A stretch of DNA of 64,000 bases from positions 45,030-109,029 of the forward strand of contig CAVJWU010000001.1 in assembly GCA_963653535.1 (NCBI GenBank), read 5' to 3'. The position numbers were made by a program, and so were the translations under genes. The DNA is from Azospirillum sp. CAG:239 (GTDB taxonomy: Bacteria > Bacillota_I > Bacilli_A > RFN20 > CAG-449). Below, one piece after another: positions 26,914 through 37,409 of this stretch. The notes under the pieces were generated by a model. The model saw nothing but the letters and a program-made list of their open reading frames with translations, did no database searches and was not told the origin of the DNA. The first letter of the stretch is position 1, and every line of letters begins with the position of its first letter.

Positions 26914-27777
26914 ATGAATCAAAAAACACATTTTACATTAAGTTTCTATCATTTAAACTTATCAGTCAGAGATACATTAGAATATGTACAAAATAGAAAG
27001 TCATACCCAAAGAGTATGTACGAAGCTAAAAAGAATACATTCTTATTAGCTTTCAAAGAAAATTCTCCATTCAATGGTTTCTGTGACCACAATGGTAAAG
27101 ATGGTGAATTAGTAAGAAGCCAATTAAAAGAAATGTATGATACTTGTTATGGAGATGATCAAACATTCGTTTCAATTGAAGGTGAAGAAGTAAAACCAGA
27201 TCATTCATTAAATTTAAAGGTTTTAGATTATATTTTACCTTTAAGACAATCATTATCTAATATCATTAAAGCTTATTTAAATAACCAAAAACAAGAAGGT
27301 ACATTAGAAGCAGGTGTTGAAGAATTAGTTCAAATCGATGATGATTTCTACAGAATTATTTGTTCAATGATTCTCGCAGATTTATTATTCAATGTTCACT
27401 TTGTTGAATTCAATAAAGCAATGCAAGAAACTGAAGGTAAAGAATCACCTCAATCAAATTTCTGTGTTAATGATATTAAGAAAGTTATTGGCATGTTCAA
27501 TTTCGTTAAACAAAATGCTCGTCCTGATTTTGCTCAATTCCAAGAATGCGCAAAACAAATGGAATTTGGTATCGATTTAATTTCTGCTCGTCAACCAGTT
27601 CCAGAAGGTTCTTCATTCCGTGCAGAATTCGATAAGATTCTTCAAGGATGGTTCGCTCAAGTTGCTCGTTTAGAACCAATTTGGAGAGAAAAACACCAAT
27701 TTATCTGGGGACAATTAGTTGAATTTGAAAGAAATATGCAAGCTCAACTAGCTAAAGCTAACGAAGAAAATAAATAA
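26914..27777 (+). CDS. Hypothetical soluble protein (287 aa) with no recognisable motif
   Basis: Long ORF with a GTATTT-ATG context. It lies 10 nt after the Cof gene, so co-transcription is likely. GC content is higher than in the flanking sequence. Confidence 0.4.
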   Translation: MNQKTHFTLSFYHLNLSVRDTLEYVQNRKSYPKSMYEAKKNTFLLAFKENSPFNGFCDHNGKDGELVRSQLKEMYDTCYGDDQTFVSIEGEEVKPDHSLNLKVLDYILPLRQSLSNIIKAYLNNQKQEGTLEAGVEELVQIDDDFYRIICSMILADLLFNVHFVEFNKAMQETEGKESPQSNFCVNDIKKVIGMFNFVKQNARPDFAQFQECAKQMEFGIDLISARQPVPEGSSFRAEFDKILQGWFAQVARLEPIWREKHQFIWGQLVEFERNMQAQLAKANEENK

Positions 27778-27829
27778 TTAGTTGTAACTTACATTAATTT
27801 ATTGTATATTTATCCCGAGGTAGATTTAA

Positions 27830-28300
27830 ATGAATATCGAAAAAGTTAAAAAAGCACAAGGCAAAAAAACTAACGGCAAAAAAGTCGCAGAAGTTATTTA
27901 CTTATCTATCGGTGGAGTATTCTTAACTTGGGGAGTTGTTTGTTTAGTACTCGCGTTATTAATTCAACACATTGGTACATCGACAACTTCAATGAAATTA
28001 AGTCCATTATATTTCTTAATTGAATTCCAATCTAATTTTAAAACATGGTGGGATTCATGGTTCTTTTGGAAGACTACATCTTTCTTAAGCATGGGTATTT
28101 GGTTTACCATTATCTTTGGTGCTTATGAATTATTAATTCTTGGTATCTACGCATACAAAAATGATGTTAATGAAAAGAAGATTAGAGCGAAGAAACTTCG
28201 TGAAAATAATGTTAAGAAGTTCTTAGAAGAACAAAAACTTAATGAAGAAAAAATTAATGAAGCTCAACCTAATAAACAAGTAGAACAAAATGCAATTTAA
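27830..28300 (+). CDS. Small membrane protein with a charged coiled C-terminus, hypothetical
   Basis: Three predicted transmembrane helices followed by a K/E-rich tail. Confidence 0.4.
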   Translation: MNIEKVKKAQGKKTNGKKVAEVIYLSIGGVFLTWGVVCLVLALLIQHIGTSTTSMKLSPLYFLIEFQSNFKTWWDSWFFWKTTSFLSMGIWFTIIFGAYELLILGIYAYKNDVNEKKIRAKKLRENNVKKFLEEQKLNEEKINEAQPNKQVEQNAI

Positions 28301-28327
28301 AAAGTGAGGTTAATCCTCACTTTTTTG
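28298..28327. terminator. Bidirectional rho-independent terminator
   Basis: aagtgagg-ttaat-cctcactt flanked by AAAA and TTTTTTGTT. Confidence 0.6.
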
Positions 28328-28885
28328 TTACTTAATTAAATTATTCAATATATTAACTATAATATCTTCTAGTTCTTCTAATGTGACATCGAGTTTTCCT
28401 CTTAGATAATCAATTACTAAATCGATCATTCCATTTGAAGCAAAAGAAATTTGAACTTTTTTTACTTTTTCATTTTTTGATAAATTATTAATCTTTGTAT
28501 CTTTAGAAAATCTCGCTAAAGATATTATTTTTAGTCGATCAAGAACTTGGATCGGATATTCATTACTTAAAACAGCACGATATAACTTTTCATGTTCTTT
28601 TAAGAAGATGAAGATAGCATTAACATAAGGATAAATTATGTCATTATGAGAAGAAGTATAACTATCCATCGTTTCATCGAGAACATCAATTAGTTCACTC
28701 GCTAAAGCAGCACATAGTTCATAAATATTATTATAATGACAATAGAATGTACTTTTAGAAATATCGGCTTTAGTACAAATATCAATGACTGTAATCTTAT
28801 TAATATCGCCTTTTTCTTCCAGTAAAGAAGTAAGTGCTTCTCTAATTGCAATCTCAGTTTTTTGATAATTTCGATTTTTAACCAT
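28328..28885 (-). CDS. TetR family transcriptional regulator
   Basis: N-terminal helix-turn-helix ITVIDICTKADISKSTFYCHYNNIYEL. Divergent from the MMPL/GLUG operon. Confidence 0.75.
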   Translation of the reverse strand: MVKNRNYQKTEIAIREALTSLLEEKGDINKITVIDICTKADISKSTFYCHYNNIYELCAALASELIDVLDETMDSYTSSHNDIIYPYVNAIFIFLKEHEKLYRAVLSNEYPIQVLDRLKIISLARFSKDTKINNLSKNEKVKKVQISFASNGMIDLVIDYLRGKLDVTLEELEDIIVNILNNLIK

Positions 28886-28929
28886 ATATTAACCTTTCTT
28901 TTTGAACTAATTTTATTAAAATGTCCGAA

Positions 28930-29017
28930 TTTAGACGTTTCTAAAATAACAGTGCTTTTTTCTTATATCTAATGATAGTATACTCAATCACGTTTAGAAA
29001 ATCAAATTAGTTTTCTA
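28930..29017. promoter_or_regulatory. Two candidate TetR operators (palindromes) in the divergent promoter region
   Basis: TTTAGA-cgtt-TCTAAA (28930-45) and TAGAAAAT-caaattag-TTTTCTA (28995-29017). Both share an ACGTTT(C/A)(T/G)AAAAT core. Confidence 0.3.
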
Positions 29018-29040
29018 TATGAAAAGGAGTAAAAAGATAA

Positions 29041-31398
29041 ATGAAAAAAGTAGCTAGATTTATTGTTAAATTTTCTAAAGCTATCATCATTCTCTTCATC
29101 GCCCTTATCGCTTACAGCGTTATCTCGATACCTAAAGTTAATATCGAATATTCGGTTAATTCGTACTTACCAAACTCAACTGATACTAAAAGGGCTCTAG
29201 ATATCATGGATGAAGAATTTGTAACTTATGGAACTTCAACAATTATCATTCGAAATATATCTTATGAAGATGCTTCTTCATTAAGAGATGAAATTAAACT
29301 CATTCCTGGAGTAAAGGATTTACCATTTGAAAATACTAGTAAGTATTATGCTTCATCAAGTGCGTTATTTACTATTACTTATGATGGAACAGAAGATGAT
29401 GCAGAATGTGTTGAAGCTTATAATAAGGTCATTTCTTTAATGAGTGGTTATGATGCTTTAGTTTCCGCCTCTTTAGTTGATAATTATGCTTCGCAACTAA
29501 AAAGTGATATTAATAGGATTTTAGTTCTCGCGGTTGTAATTATTATCATCGTATTATTGTTCACTTCGAATTCTTACGCGGAAGTCATTGTATTTATGAT
29601 TGTCTTCGGTGTTTCGGCCTTATTGAATATGGGGACGAACTATTGGTTTGGAACAATCTCATTTATTTCTAATTCTGTCTGCGTAATTCTTCAACTTGCC
29701 CTTGCTATTGACTATGCAATTATTTTAAGTCATCGATTCGCAGAAGAAAAATTGACCGCGCCAAATTCGGAAGAAGCAATGGTCGAAGCTTTATCAAAAG
29801 CGATTGTGGAAATTTCTTCTTCATCTCTTACAACTATTTCTGGTTTATTAGCTTTATGTTGTATGAGTTTAAAATTAGGCCAAGACTTAGGATTAGTTCT
29901 TGCAAAAAGTATTATCTGTTCAATGTTTACAGTTTTCTTACTAATGCCTTCACTTATGTTAATGTTTTCTAAGATGATTGATAAATCATCTCATAAATCA
30001 TTTGTTCCTAACATCAGTATCTTAGGTAAAGGTGTTATTAAATTAAGATATGTGAATACTTTTGTATTTGTTGGCTTAGTTTGTGCAGGTGCATATTTCT
30101 CTAATCAAATTAATTACGTTTATTCACAAAGTTCGATTGATACTTCTTCTCCAACTGAAGAGATGATTGCAAAACAAGAAATTAATGAAATATTTGGTAG
30201 TAAAAACCAATTCGTAGTTCTTGTTCCAAAAGGTGATTATGCGGTAGAAAGACATGTTGTTGATCTTCTTGATGAAGAAGAATTAATTAATGAAGTAACT
30301 GGTATTTCTAACGTAAAACTAACATCTAATGGTATATCACATTATTTAATTGATGAACTTAATTATATCGATTTTGCTGATTTCCTCGGAGTCGATCAAT
30401 CAATCTCAAAATCAATTTATTATTCATATGCTTTCTTAAGTAAAGATGAGACAAATGATAGTATTGAAGAAGTTGCTGTATTTCAAGCAAATCCAGATAA
30501 ATATACAATGTCAATTTTAGATTTATGTGATTGTGCATTTAAATATGATGACTTCATCGAAGCTTATCTTTCTGATGAACAAGAAACATTAGATAATTAT
30601 TATGATATTAAAGATCAAATTACTGATGCGGAAGATCAATTAATTGGAACTAATTATACACGTATTGTTTGTAATATTACTTCGGAAGTAGAAGCTAAAG
30701 AAACTTTCGCGCTTATTGAAAGACTCGAAAAATCAGTTAAAGGTTATAATTCAGGATGTATTTTTGCTGGAGATAGTATGGCAAGTTATGATTTAAATGC
30801 ATCTTTCTCAACAGATAACTTATTAATATCATTATTAACAATTGGCTTTGTTTATATAATCTTAGTCTTTACCTTTAAAAACTGGGCCTTACCTATTTTA
30901 CTTGTCGCAGTTATTCAAGGCGCAATCTTTATTAACTTCTCTATCCCTTATCTATCAGGAAATAACCTTTATTTCTTCGTTTATTTAATTGTTTCTTCCA
31001 TTCAAATGGGTGCGACAATTGACTATGCGATTGTTATTACTAATAGATATCAAGAATTAGAAACAAGAATGAGTAAGAAAGATGCTCTTATTGCTTCACT
31101 AAATGAATCATTCCCAACAATTATTACATCCGGAACAATCTTAGTTTCCGCGGCATATTTAATTAATTTCTTAGTAAGTGATCCTCTTATTTCTACTTTA
31201 GGATTAAGCTTAGGAAGAGGAACATTAATTTCTATTGCTTCAGTTTTAATTGTTTTACCTTGTTTATTATATTTCTTCTATAAAGGCTTATCTAAAGCAA
31301 AAATTCCAGAAATAAATACGAAAAAATTAATTTCAAATATAAAGGAGAAAATGAAAGATGAAAATATCAAAAATACTGACTCTTCTTGCACTAAGTAG
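29041..31398 (+). CDS. MMPL/RND-superfamily membrane transporter
   Basis: 785 aa with two bundles of 6 transmembrane helices, each preceded by a large extracytoplasmic loop. N-terminus MKKVARFIVKFSKAIIILFIALIAY. Confidence 0.65.
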   Translation: MKKVARFIVKFSKAIIILFIALIAYSVISIPKVNIEYSVNSYLPNSTDTKRALDIMDEEFVTYGTSTIIIRNISYEDASSLRDEIKLIPGVKDLPFENTSKYYASSSALFTITYDGTEDDAECVEAYNKVISLMSGYDALVSASLVDNYASQLKSDINRILVLAVVIIIIVLLFTSNSYAEVIVFMIVFGVSALLNMGTNYWFGTISFISNSVCVILQLALAIDYAIILSHRFAEEKLTAPNSEEAMVEALSKAIVEISSSSLTTISGLLALCCMSLKLGQDLGLVLAKSIICSMFTVFLLMPSLMLMFSKMIDKSSHKSFVPNISILGKGVIKLRYVNTFVFVGLVCAGAYFSNQINYVYSQSSIDTSSPTEEMIAKQEINEIFGSKNQFVVLVPKGDYAVERHVVDLLDEEELINEVTGISNVKLTSNGISHYLIDELNYIDFADFLGVDQSISKSIYYSYAFLSKDETNDSIEEVAVFQANPDKYTMSILDLCDCAFKYDDFIEAYLSDEQETLDNYYDIKDQITDAEDQLIGTNYTRIVCNITSEVEAKETFALIERLEKSVKGYNSGCIFAGDSMASYDLNASFSTDNLLISLLTIGFVYIILVFTFKNWALPILLVAVIQGAIFINFSIPYLSGNNLYFFVYLIVSSIQMGATIDYAIVITNRYQELETRMSKKDALIASLNESFPTIITSGTILVSAAYLINFLVSDPLISTLGLSLGRGTLISIASVLIVLPCLLYFFYKGLSKAKIPEINTKKLISNIKEKMKDENIKNTDSSCTK

Positions 31399-34300
31399 CG
31401 CATTTGTAATTACTTCTTCAAATGAAGCTTTAGTGAGTTACGCAGAAGAAAATAATTATTATGTATGTTTTAAAAGTGATAACTATTCTTTATTAAATAA
31501 AAATAAGATGGATGAAAGCGGAGAAATCTATGTCTTAAAAGATGTCTCTTTATCTTCTAGTAATGACTTCTATGTTCGTGATCAATATGGTTCAAGATAT
31601 TATAATTCTAATAATAAAGAGATGAGCGTTGAAGATTCTTCTACGTTAGATTATAACATCTATTATTCTCCATTATATGTATTTGATGAAGACCATGTCA
31701 CTGGATCAATGTATGTATCTAATAGCCATATTACTTATGAAGTTGTTTCTAAAGATGATATTAAAGGTGATATAAATGGTAAAGAAATCACTTTAAGCTA
31801 TAATCCTTATCAAAAGAAATATGATTCATTTGAATTAAATAATGTCGAAATTTCTAAAGATCAAGTTATTACTTTATTTGATGAAAATGGTGAAACTTTA
31901 TCAACATTAACATGTTCATCAACAAACAAATATCATATTATCTATACTCCAGATAAGGTGATTGATGGAAATACATATCGTTTTAATAAAGATGGAGAAT
32001 ATGGTTCAGGAGATGATTATGTATATAATATCTATTTAGAACAAGTCGAAGAATATTATATTTATTTCCGTGATATTACCTTTAATCAATATGATGCAAC
32101 ATATGATAATAAAGGCTTAACTCTTTTAGAAAGAGATTTAACTTCACCTAATATTTATTTATATAAATCACAAGATATTTATCTATCTAATGTCGATCAA
32201 AAAGTTGAATATATTATTTATCATAAGGAAGGTAATACATTTGAAGAAATTAATGACGATGACGATGAAGATAAGATTTCTTATAAGAATGGTAGTTATG
32301 TCGGTAATTATTATTTAAGTCTCACTGTGACAAATAATACATATGTTACAGCTTTAAGCCAAGATGATCGTAAATATGATGATTATTATTTAGCGGGTAT
32401 TAACAATAGTTATCTTTATACTGAAGATGGTAAAATATCATTAAATGATAAATTTAAATTTGTTCTAATTGATGATAGTGATTCTTTATACGATAAAGAT
32501 TATGATCAATATTATTTAAAAATTTATATTTCCAAAAATGAAGTAGGTAAAGAATATTACATCACCAATGGTAAAAATTATTATAAGAATGGAACTAAAT
32601 ACATTAAGTTTAATCAAGAAGGCTATTATGAAATTTATTTCTCTGATAGTCATCTATATGGAGTTAATCAAAATTATAAATATACTTTAATTGATGAAAC
32701 TAAAGATCTTGAATATATTAAAATTGAAACTACTGATGATTTCTTAGAAATGATTTCTAATTGTAATAAGAATGCCAATTATTCATTTAATAAAGTTTTC
32801 TATTTAACTTCATCAATCGATTTAAAAGGTGTAAATGTAACTTCCATTAAAGCATTCTATGGTGAATTAAATGGTAATTATCATTCAATCAATAATTTAA
32901 GCTTAGAAAGTGATAATGAAGAAACAAACTTTAATTTTATTGCTTACCTAGGTAAAAAAGGTTCAATTAAAAATTTATCAATCGAAAATCTTTCTATTAA
33001 AGCAGAGAGTAGTTCTAATGTTGGTTTTATCGGTAAAAACTTAGGCTCAATTACTGATATTAAGATAGATGGTACGGTTGAAGGAAAAAACGTTGTCGGT
33101 GGCTTAGTCGCTTATAATTCAAATTACGCATTAGAAGAAGATGATGTTGTCGCTGATTCAAGTGAAAATTATGGCTATGGTTCATTAATTGGAATTGAAG
33201 CTAATGTTAAAGTAAAAGGTGAAAATACTATCGGAGGTATTGCTGGTTTTAACGGTGGTAAGATTTATGAATCTGTTTCAAAAGGTGAAGTAAATAATTA
33301 TTCTTATTCATCAAAAAAGACCATTGAAAGAATCGGTGGTATTGCAGGATATTCAACTGGTGTAATCGGACTATCAAGAAATGAAGGTAGCGTTGGTTAT
33401 TATAACGAAGGTAATTACGTTGGAGGTATTGCAGGTCTTACCACTGGTATGTTCTTCTATAATACTAATAACGCAGTTGTTAATGGTAAAAACAATGTTG
33501 GCGGTATCGCAGGCTTATTTGGTACATTAAAAAATGAATCTTCTTCTGAAGAAGAAACTAATGAAGAAACAGATTTAAATAAACATTATTTAGCTTATTG
33601 TATTAATAAAAATGAAGTAAAAGGTAGCACTAATGTCGGAGGTATTATTGGACGCGTTAATTCTACTGGTATTGAACTAGAAAATTCTATCTCAACAGGT
33701 AATATTACTTCTCACTCTGGTTCTTATGGAGGAGGTATTGTCGGTTATCTAACTTCTGGAAAAATAACTTCATGTATTTCAAGTGGTAACCTCTTTACAA
33801 GCGGAACTTCCGCGGGTAAATATGAAGGCGGTATCGCGGGTTATTCAAATGGTGATATTACTTATTGTTACGCGACTAATAATATTTCAGGAAACGATTA
33901 TCTCGGCGGAATAGTAGGATATGCTTCCGCGACATCAACATTAAAGAGTAATGTTGCATCTTCCTTAATTGCTAAATTAAATTCATCTACTTTAAGAGTT
34001 GGTTATATCGCAGGAGAAGTAGAAAATATCCTTACTGATGACGTTAAAAATGATAATGTTAAATATAATTATTATGTCAATGACAATTCTGATATTGGAG
34101 GAATTAATTCTCGTGTATTAGGTAGTGAATTTGATGATGCTGCCGCGAGTAAAGAAAATAGTGAATTATATTCTTATGAAGAAATAAATGCTTCTTTAAA
34201 TAAAAACTTCGCAGGTGAAGGTTTTATTGGAGGTAGTAAGGTAACTAGTTATCCTTATTTAAGAAATTTCACTTTCTTTAAAGAAAATGAAACTTATTCT

Positions 34301-35041
34301 TTCGATTATGATCAAGAAAACTTATTTAAAATGTATCAAGAAGATTTCTTATCACTTGAAGAAGAATATGATCAATCTTCTTTACAATTCAATTTCTACG
34401 AATGGGATGAAGATGCTGGTGATATTGATGAATTAAATTCATATAAACTCATCGCTTCAAAAAGATATTATGGAGAACAAGAAATTGAATATCCTAAATT
34501 TATTCTCGCTCAATTAAATAGTGATAACGAATATGTTTATGAAGCAACTGATGGAGTATATTATGCATATTTTGAACATGTTGAATATACTTCTTCTTCA
34601 ACAAATATCTATGCAAAATATATTAAACAAGTAAAAACATTAAAAGATGGCGATTACTTGCTCGAAGGTGAATTTAAAGAAGGAACGACTGCAAAAGTAA
34701 GTCAAATTGGTGATACGATTAATATTAAACTATATTATGAAGGAGAAGAAATTGAAGCTCATAATATCACATTAAAGATTAAGACAAGTGAAAATTATAA
34801 TTATGAAGTTTCACATAATAACGAAATAACAGCTAAAAATGTTACTTCTTTTGGTGAATATAAAGTAATTAAATTAGATTCATCGAAAGACATTGTCATT
34901 TTAAATGAAGTCCATGAAACACCTATTCCAAATTATGTCATTATTATTCTAAGTATAGTAGGTACGCTTGGAGTATTATGGCTAGGTAAATTAATTCTAA
35001 GTGGCATTAAAAATAAGAAGAAAAAGGCTATTACAAAATAA
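31358..35041 (+). CDS. Giant surface protein (1227 aa) with more than 10 GLUG-motif repeats and a C-terminal transmembrane anchor
   Basis: Signal peptide. IKAFYGELNGNYHSINNLSL resembles FxGxFDGNGHTIxNL. Repeated motifs include VVGGLVAYN, IGGIAGFNGG, IGGIAGYSTG, VGGIAGLTTG, VGGIAGLFG, VGGIIGRV, GGGIVGYLTSG and LGGIVGYAS. The C-terminus IIILSIVGTLGVLWLGKLILSGIKNKKKK is a membrane anchor. Overlaps the MMPL gene by 41 nt. Confidence 0.65.
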   Translation: MKISKILTLLALSSAFVITSSNEALVSYAEENNYYVCFKSDNYSLLNKNKMDESGEIYVLKDVSLSSSNDFYVRDQYGSRYYNSNNKEMSVEDSSTLDYNIYYSPLYVFDEDHVTGSMYVSNSHITYEVVSKDDIKGDINGKEITLSYNPYQKKYDSFELNNVEISKDQVITLFDENGETLSTLTCSSTNKYHIIYTPDKVIDGNTYRFNKDGEYGSGDDYVYNIYLEQVEEYYIYFRDITFNQYDATYDNKGLTLLERDLTSPNIYLYKSQDIYLSNVDQKVEYIIYHKEGNTFEEINDDDDEDKISYKNGSYVGNYYLSLTVTNNTYVTALSQDDRKYDDYYLAGINNSYLYTEDGKISLNDKFKFVLIDDSDSLYDKDYDQYYLKIYISKNEVGKEYYITNGKNYYKNGTKYIKFNQEGYYEIYFSDSHLYGVNQNYKYTLIDETKDLEYIKIETTDDFLEMISNCNKNANYSFNKVFYLTSSIDLKGVNVTSIKAFYGELNGNYHSINNLSLESDNEETNFNFIAYLGKKGSIKNLSIENLSIKAESSSNVGFIGKNLGSITDIKIDGTVEGKNVVGGLVAYNSNYALEEDDVVADSSENYGYGSLIGIEANVKVKGENTIGGIAGFNGGKIYESVSKGEVNNYSYSSKKTIERIGGIAGYSTGVIGLSRNEGSVGYYNEGNYVGGIAGLTTGMFFYNTNNAVVNGKNNVGGIAGLFGTLKNESSSEEETNEETDLNKHYLAYCINKNEVKGSTNVGGIIGRVNSTGIELENSISTGNITSHSGSYGGGIVGYLTSGKITSCISSGNLFTSGTSAGKYEGGIAGYSNGDITYCYATNNISGNDYLGGIVGYASATSTLKSNVASSLIAKLNSSTLRVGYIAGEVENILTDDVKNDNVKYNYYVNDNSDIGGINSRVLGSEFDDAAASKENSELYSYEEINASLNKNFAGEGFIGGSKVTSYPYLRNFTFFKENETYSFDYDQENLFKMYQEDFLSLEEEYDQSSLQFNFYEWDEDAGDIDELNSYKLIASKRYYGEQEIEYPKFILAQLNSDNEYVYEATDGVYYAYFEHVEYTSSSTNIYAKYIKQVKTLKDGDYLLEGEFKEGTTAKVSQIGDTINIKLYYEGEEIEAHNITLKIKTSENYNYEVSHNNEITAKNVTSFGEYKVIKLDSSKDIVILNEVHETPIPNYVIIILSIVGTLGVLWLGKLILSGIKNKKKKAITK

Positions 35042-35045
35042 CATA

Positions 35046-35080
35046 GAAGAAAAGACTATTGCTCGGCAATAGTCTTTTTA
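35046..35080. terminator. Bidirectional rho-independent terminator
   Basis: aagactattg-ctcgg-caatagtctt (10-bp stem) flanked by A-runs and T-runs. Confidence 0.6.
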
Positions 35081-35081
35081 G

Positions 35082-36179
35082 TTAGTATTTAATTTTTTTA
35101 AGTAAGTTTTTAATTTCTTTTTCACTTAATAAAGAATGAATTTCGTTATAGGAAGATAACTTCAAATCTTTTGTTACCTTATATAATTCGTTTATAATAT
35201 GATCATCATAATTTTCTTCATGAAGATAATTTGTTTCATTCGCGTTGTCTGCTTGTTCATCAATTAAAGTTAATAAATTTCTTCTTATATAAGCGATAAA
35301 ACTAGGCTCAATCCAATATGAATAAGTGATATTTTCTTTTTCTTCTTGCAAAGAATGAATATATAAAGAGATACCATCATCAACATTGTGCCATAAATCT
35401 ATAAAGGCATAATTAATATTGTATTCATTAATTTTCTTCATGAAGACAAAAGCATCTTCATGGATAATTTCAATTTTATCTTTATAAGGGAATTGAGGTA
35501 ATATATGCTTTTTAAATAAGTTAATGACATTTATATCTTTTTCAATAATGTAGATTTTTTTAACATCTTCTTTTAAAGAAATCATATATGGATAATATCC
35601 TAGTCCTAAACCAAAGACTCCAACTATTCCGTTAGAAGAAGAAATAGATTCTTCCATTGTTTCTATTTCATGTGGAGTAATACTCATCCAAATTTCATTA
35701 TTTTGTGAAATGGTTAAATATTTAAAATTTTCTTTAAAGAAACCAAAATGAGTAATTTCGGCATAATTTTCATTGTTAAAAGAAATATCTTTGTACATGA
35801 ATCCTTCATAAGGTTTAAATGAATCGTATTTAAATTCAAGGTTCTTTTCTTTTATTTCAGGTGCTTTAATATTGAGATAATATGGATTATTAAGATATTT
35901 TTTAGTATCTAAGAGAGTCATATCATCAATATGATGTATTTTTTCAATATAATGAAGCTCGTTATCAATATCGATTTCCATTACATCTAAGAAAGCATAA
36001 TAAAATGCTTTATTTAAATTGCCTTTTTTTAAATAACGTGAGATTAATTTTTCATTAATTGAAGTAGATTCATTTAATAAGTAATATAAATACATGCTAG
36101 AGACATTAAGATTATTTTCTCTAACTTGTAAAAGGGAAATAAGTTTTTCTAAATCTAATTTTGTTAAGTTAATTTTCAT
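35082..36179 (-). CDS. Spermidine-synthase-like (PABS fold) protein with an N-terminal extension of about 170 aa
   Basis: NGIVGVFGLGLGYYPYMIS...KKIYIIEKDINVINLFKKH...IEIIHEDAFVFMKK...YAFIDLWHN follows the spacing of spermidine synthase (GGGDGG ... EID ... D ... DxxDP). Confidence 0.4.
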   Translation of the reverse strand: MKINLTKLDLEKLISLLQVRENNLNVSSMYLYYLLNESTSINEKLISRYLKKGNLNKAFYYAFLDVMEIDIDNELHYIEKIHHIDDMTLLDTKKYLNNPYYLNIKAPEIKEKNLEFKYDSFKPYEGFMYKDISFNNENYAEITHFGFFKENFKYLTISQNNEIWMSITPHEIETMEESISSSNGIVGVFGLGLGYYPYMISLKEDVKKIYIIEKDINVINLFKKHILPQFPYKDKIEIIHEDAFVFMKKINEYNINYAFIDLWHNVDDGISLYIHSLQEEKENITYSYWIEPSFIAYIRRNLLTLIDEQADNANETNYLHEENYDDHIINELYKVTKDLKLSSYNEIHSLLSEKEIKNLLKKIKY

Positions 36180-36422
36180 ACTTCATCATTTTACTTTTAA
36201 AGAAAAACTTTTTCAAGAATTAGATATTAATAATTAGATTAAATCGTTTATAATTAGTAAGGTTATTTTAATTTAAATCTTAGTAATTATTTCCTTATTA
36301 ACAATTGGTCTACTAATTTGTTTAACTAATGTTTTTAATATATGAACTAACCATTAATCTTAAGGAAGACTTACCAAGAATTAAATATTTAGATAAAATT
36401 AATTTAAGAAAGAATATTAAAC

Positions 36423-37328
36423 ATGAAGATATACAATAGGTTAAATGAATTTTTAAAAGATAAATTTTCTGAAAGGACTTTAAAAATATGTATTGATGGA
36501 GGATTTACTTGTCCTAACCGCGATGGAACGAAAGGAGTAGGAGGGTGTATATTTTGCTCTGAACTAGGTTCTGGCGATCATTTAAAAAGATTACCGATTA
36601 AAGAACAAGTAGAAAACTATTTTAAGAGTTATCGTTCCTCACGGGCGAATAAATTTATCGCTTATTTTCAAAATTTTACTTCGACTTACTCTGATGTTCA
36701 AACGTTAAAAAGAAAATATGATGAAGCATTAATTGATGAAAGAATCGTCGCTTTAGATATTGATACTAGACCAGATTGTATATCAAAAGATGTGTGCGAA
36801 CTTCTTTCTAGTTATAAAGATAAGTATTATGTCTATGTTGAATTAGGCTTACAATCTAGTAATGAATTCACCCATTCTTTTATTAATCAAAATATAGTTA
36901 ATGAAGAATTTATTCGTGCGATTAAATTATTAAATGAATATAAAATCGACGTAGTAGTTCATGTGATGGTTGGTTTACCTTATGAAACACATGTTGATAT
37001 AGAAAATACGATTAAATTTATTAATCAATTTAATATTCAGGGAATTAAGATTCATTCTACTTATATAGTTAAAGATACAATACTAGAAAAATTATATTTA
37101 GAAGGTAAATATGTTCCATTAGAATTAGATGAATATATTTCTGAAGTTATCTATATTTTGACGCATATTAATAAAGATATTATTATCCATCGGATAAGTG
37201 GAGATGCTCCTAAAGATAAATTAGTTGCTCCTGAATGGAACTTACATAAAAAATGGGTCTTAAACAAAGTTAATAATATCATGGAGGAAAATAATTTATA
37301 CCAAGGTATGTATTTTAATGAAAAATAA
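36423..37328 (+). CDS. TIGR01212-family radical SAM protein
   Basis: CPNRDGTKGVGGCIFCS cysteine motif. Length about 300 aa. Confidence 0.7.
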   Translation: MKIYNRLNEFLKDKFSERTLKICIDGGFTCPNRDGTKGVGGCIFCSELGSGDHLKRLPIKEQVENYFKSYRSSRANKFIAYFQNFTSTYSDVQTLKRKYDEALIDERIVALDIDTRPDCISKDVCELLSSYKDKYYVYVELGLQSSNEFTHSFINQNIVNEEFIRAIKLLNEYKIDVVVHVMVGLPYETHVDIENTIKFINQFNIQGIKIHSTYIVKDTILEKLYLEGKYVPLELDEYISEVIYILTHINKDIIIHRISGDAPKDKLVAPEWNLHKKWVLNKVNNIMEENNLYQGMYFNEK

Positions 37329-37409
37329 TATTTATGTAAGGGCTATTTTTAAATAGTTATAGATTATTTTTTTTACAAGTGTTATGATAATTTTGTTAGG
37401 AGTAAATAT

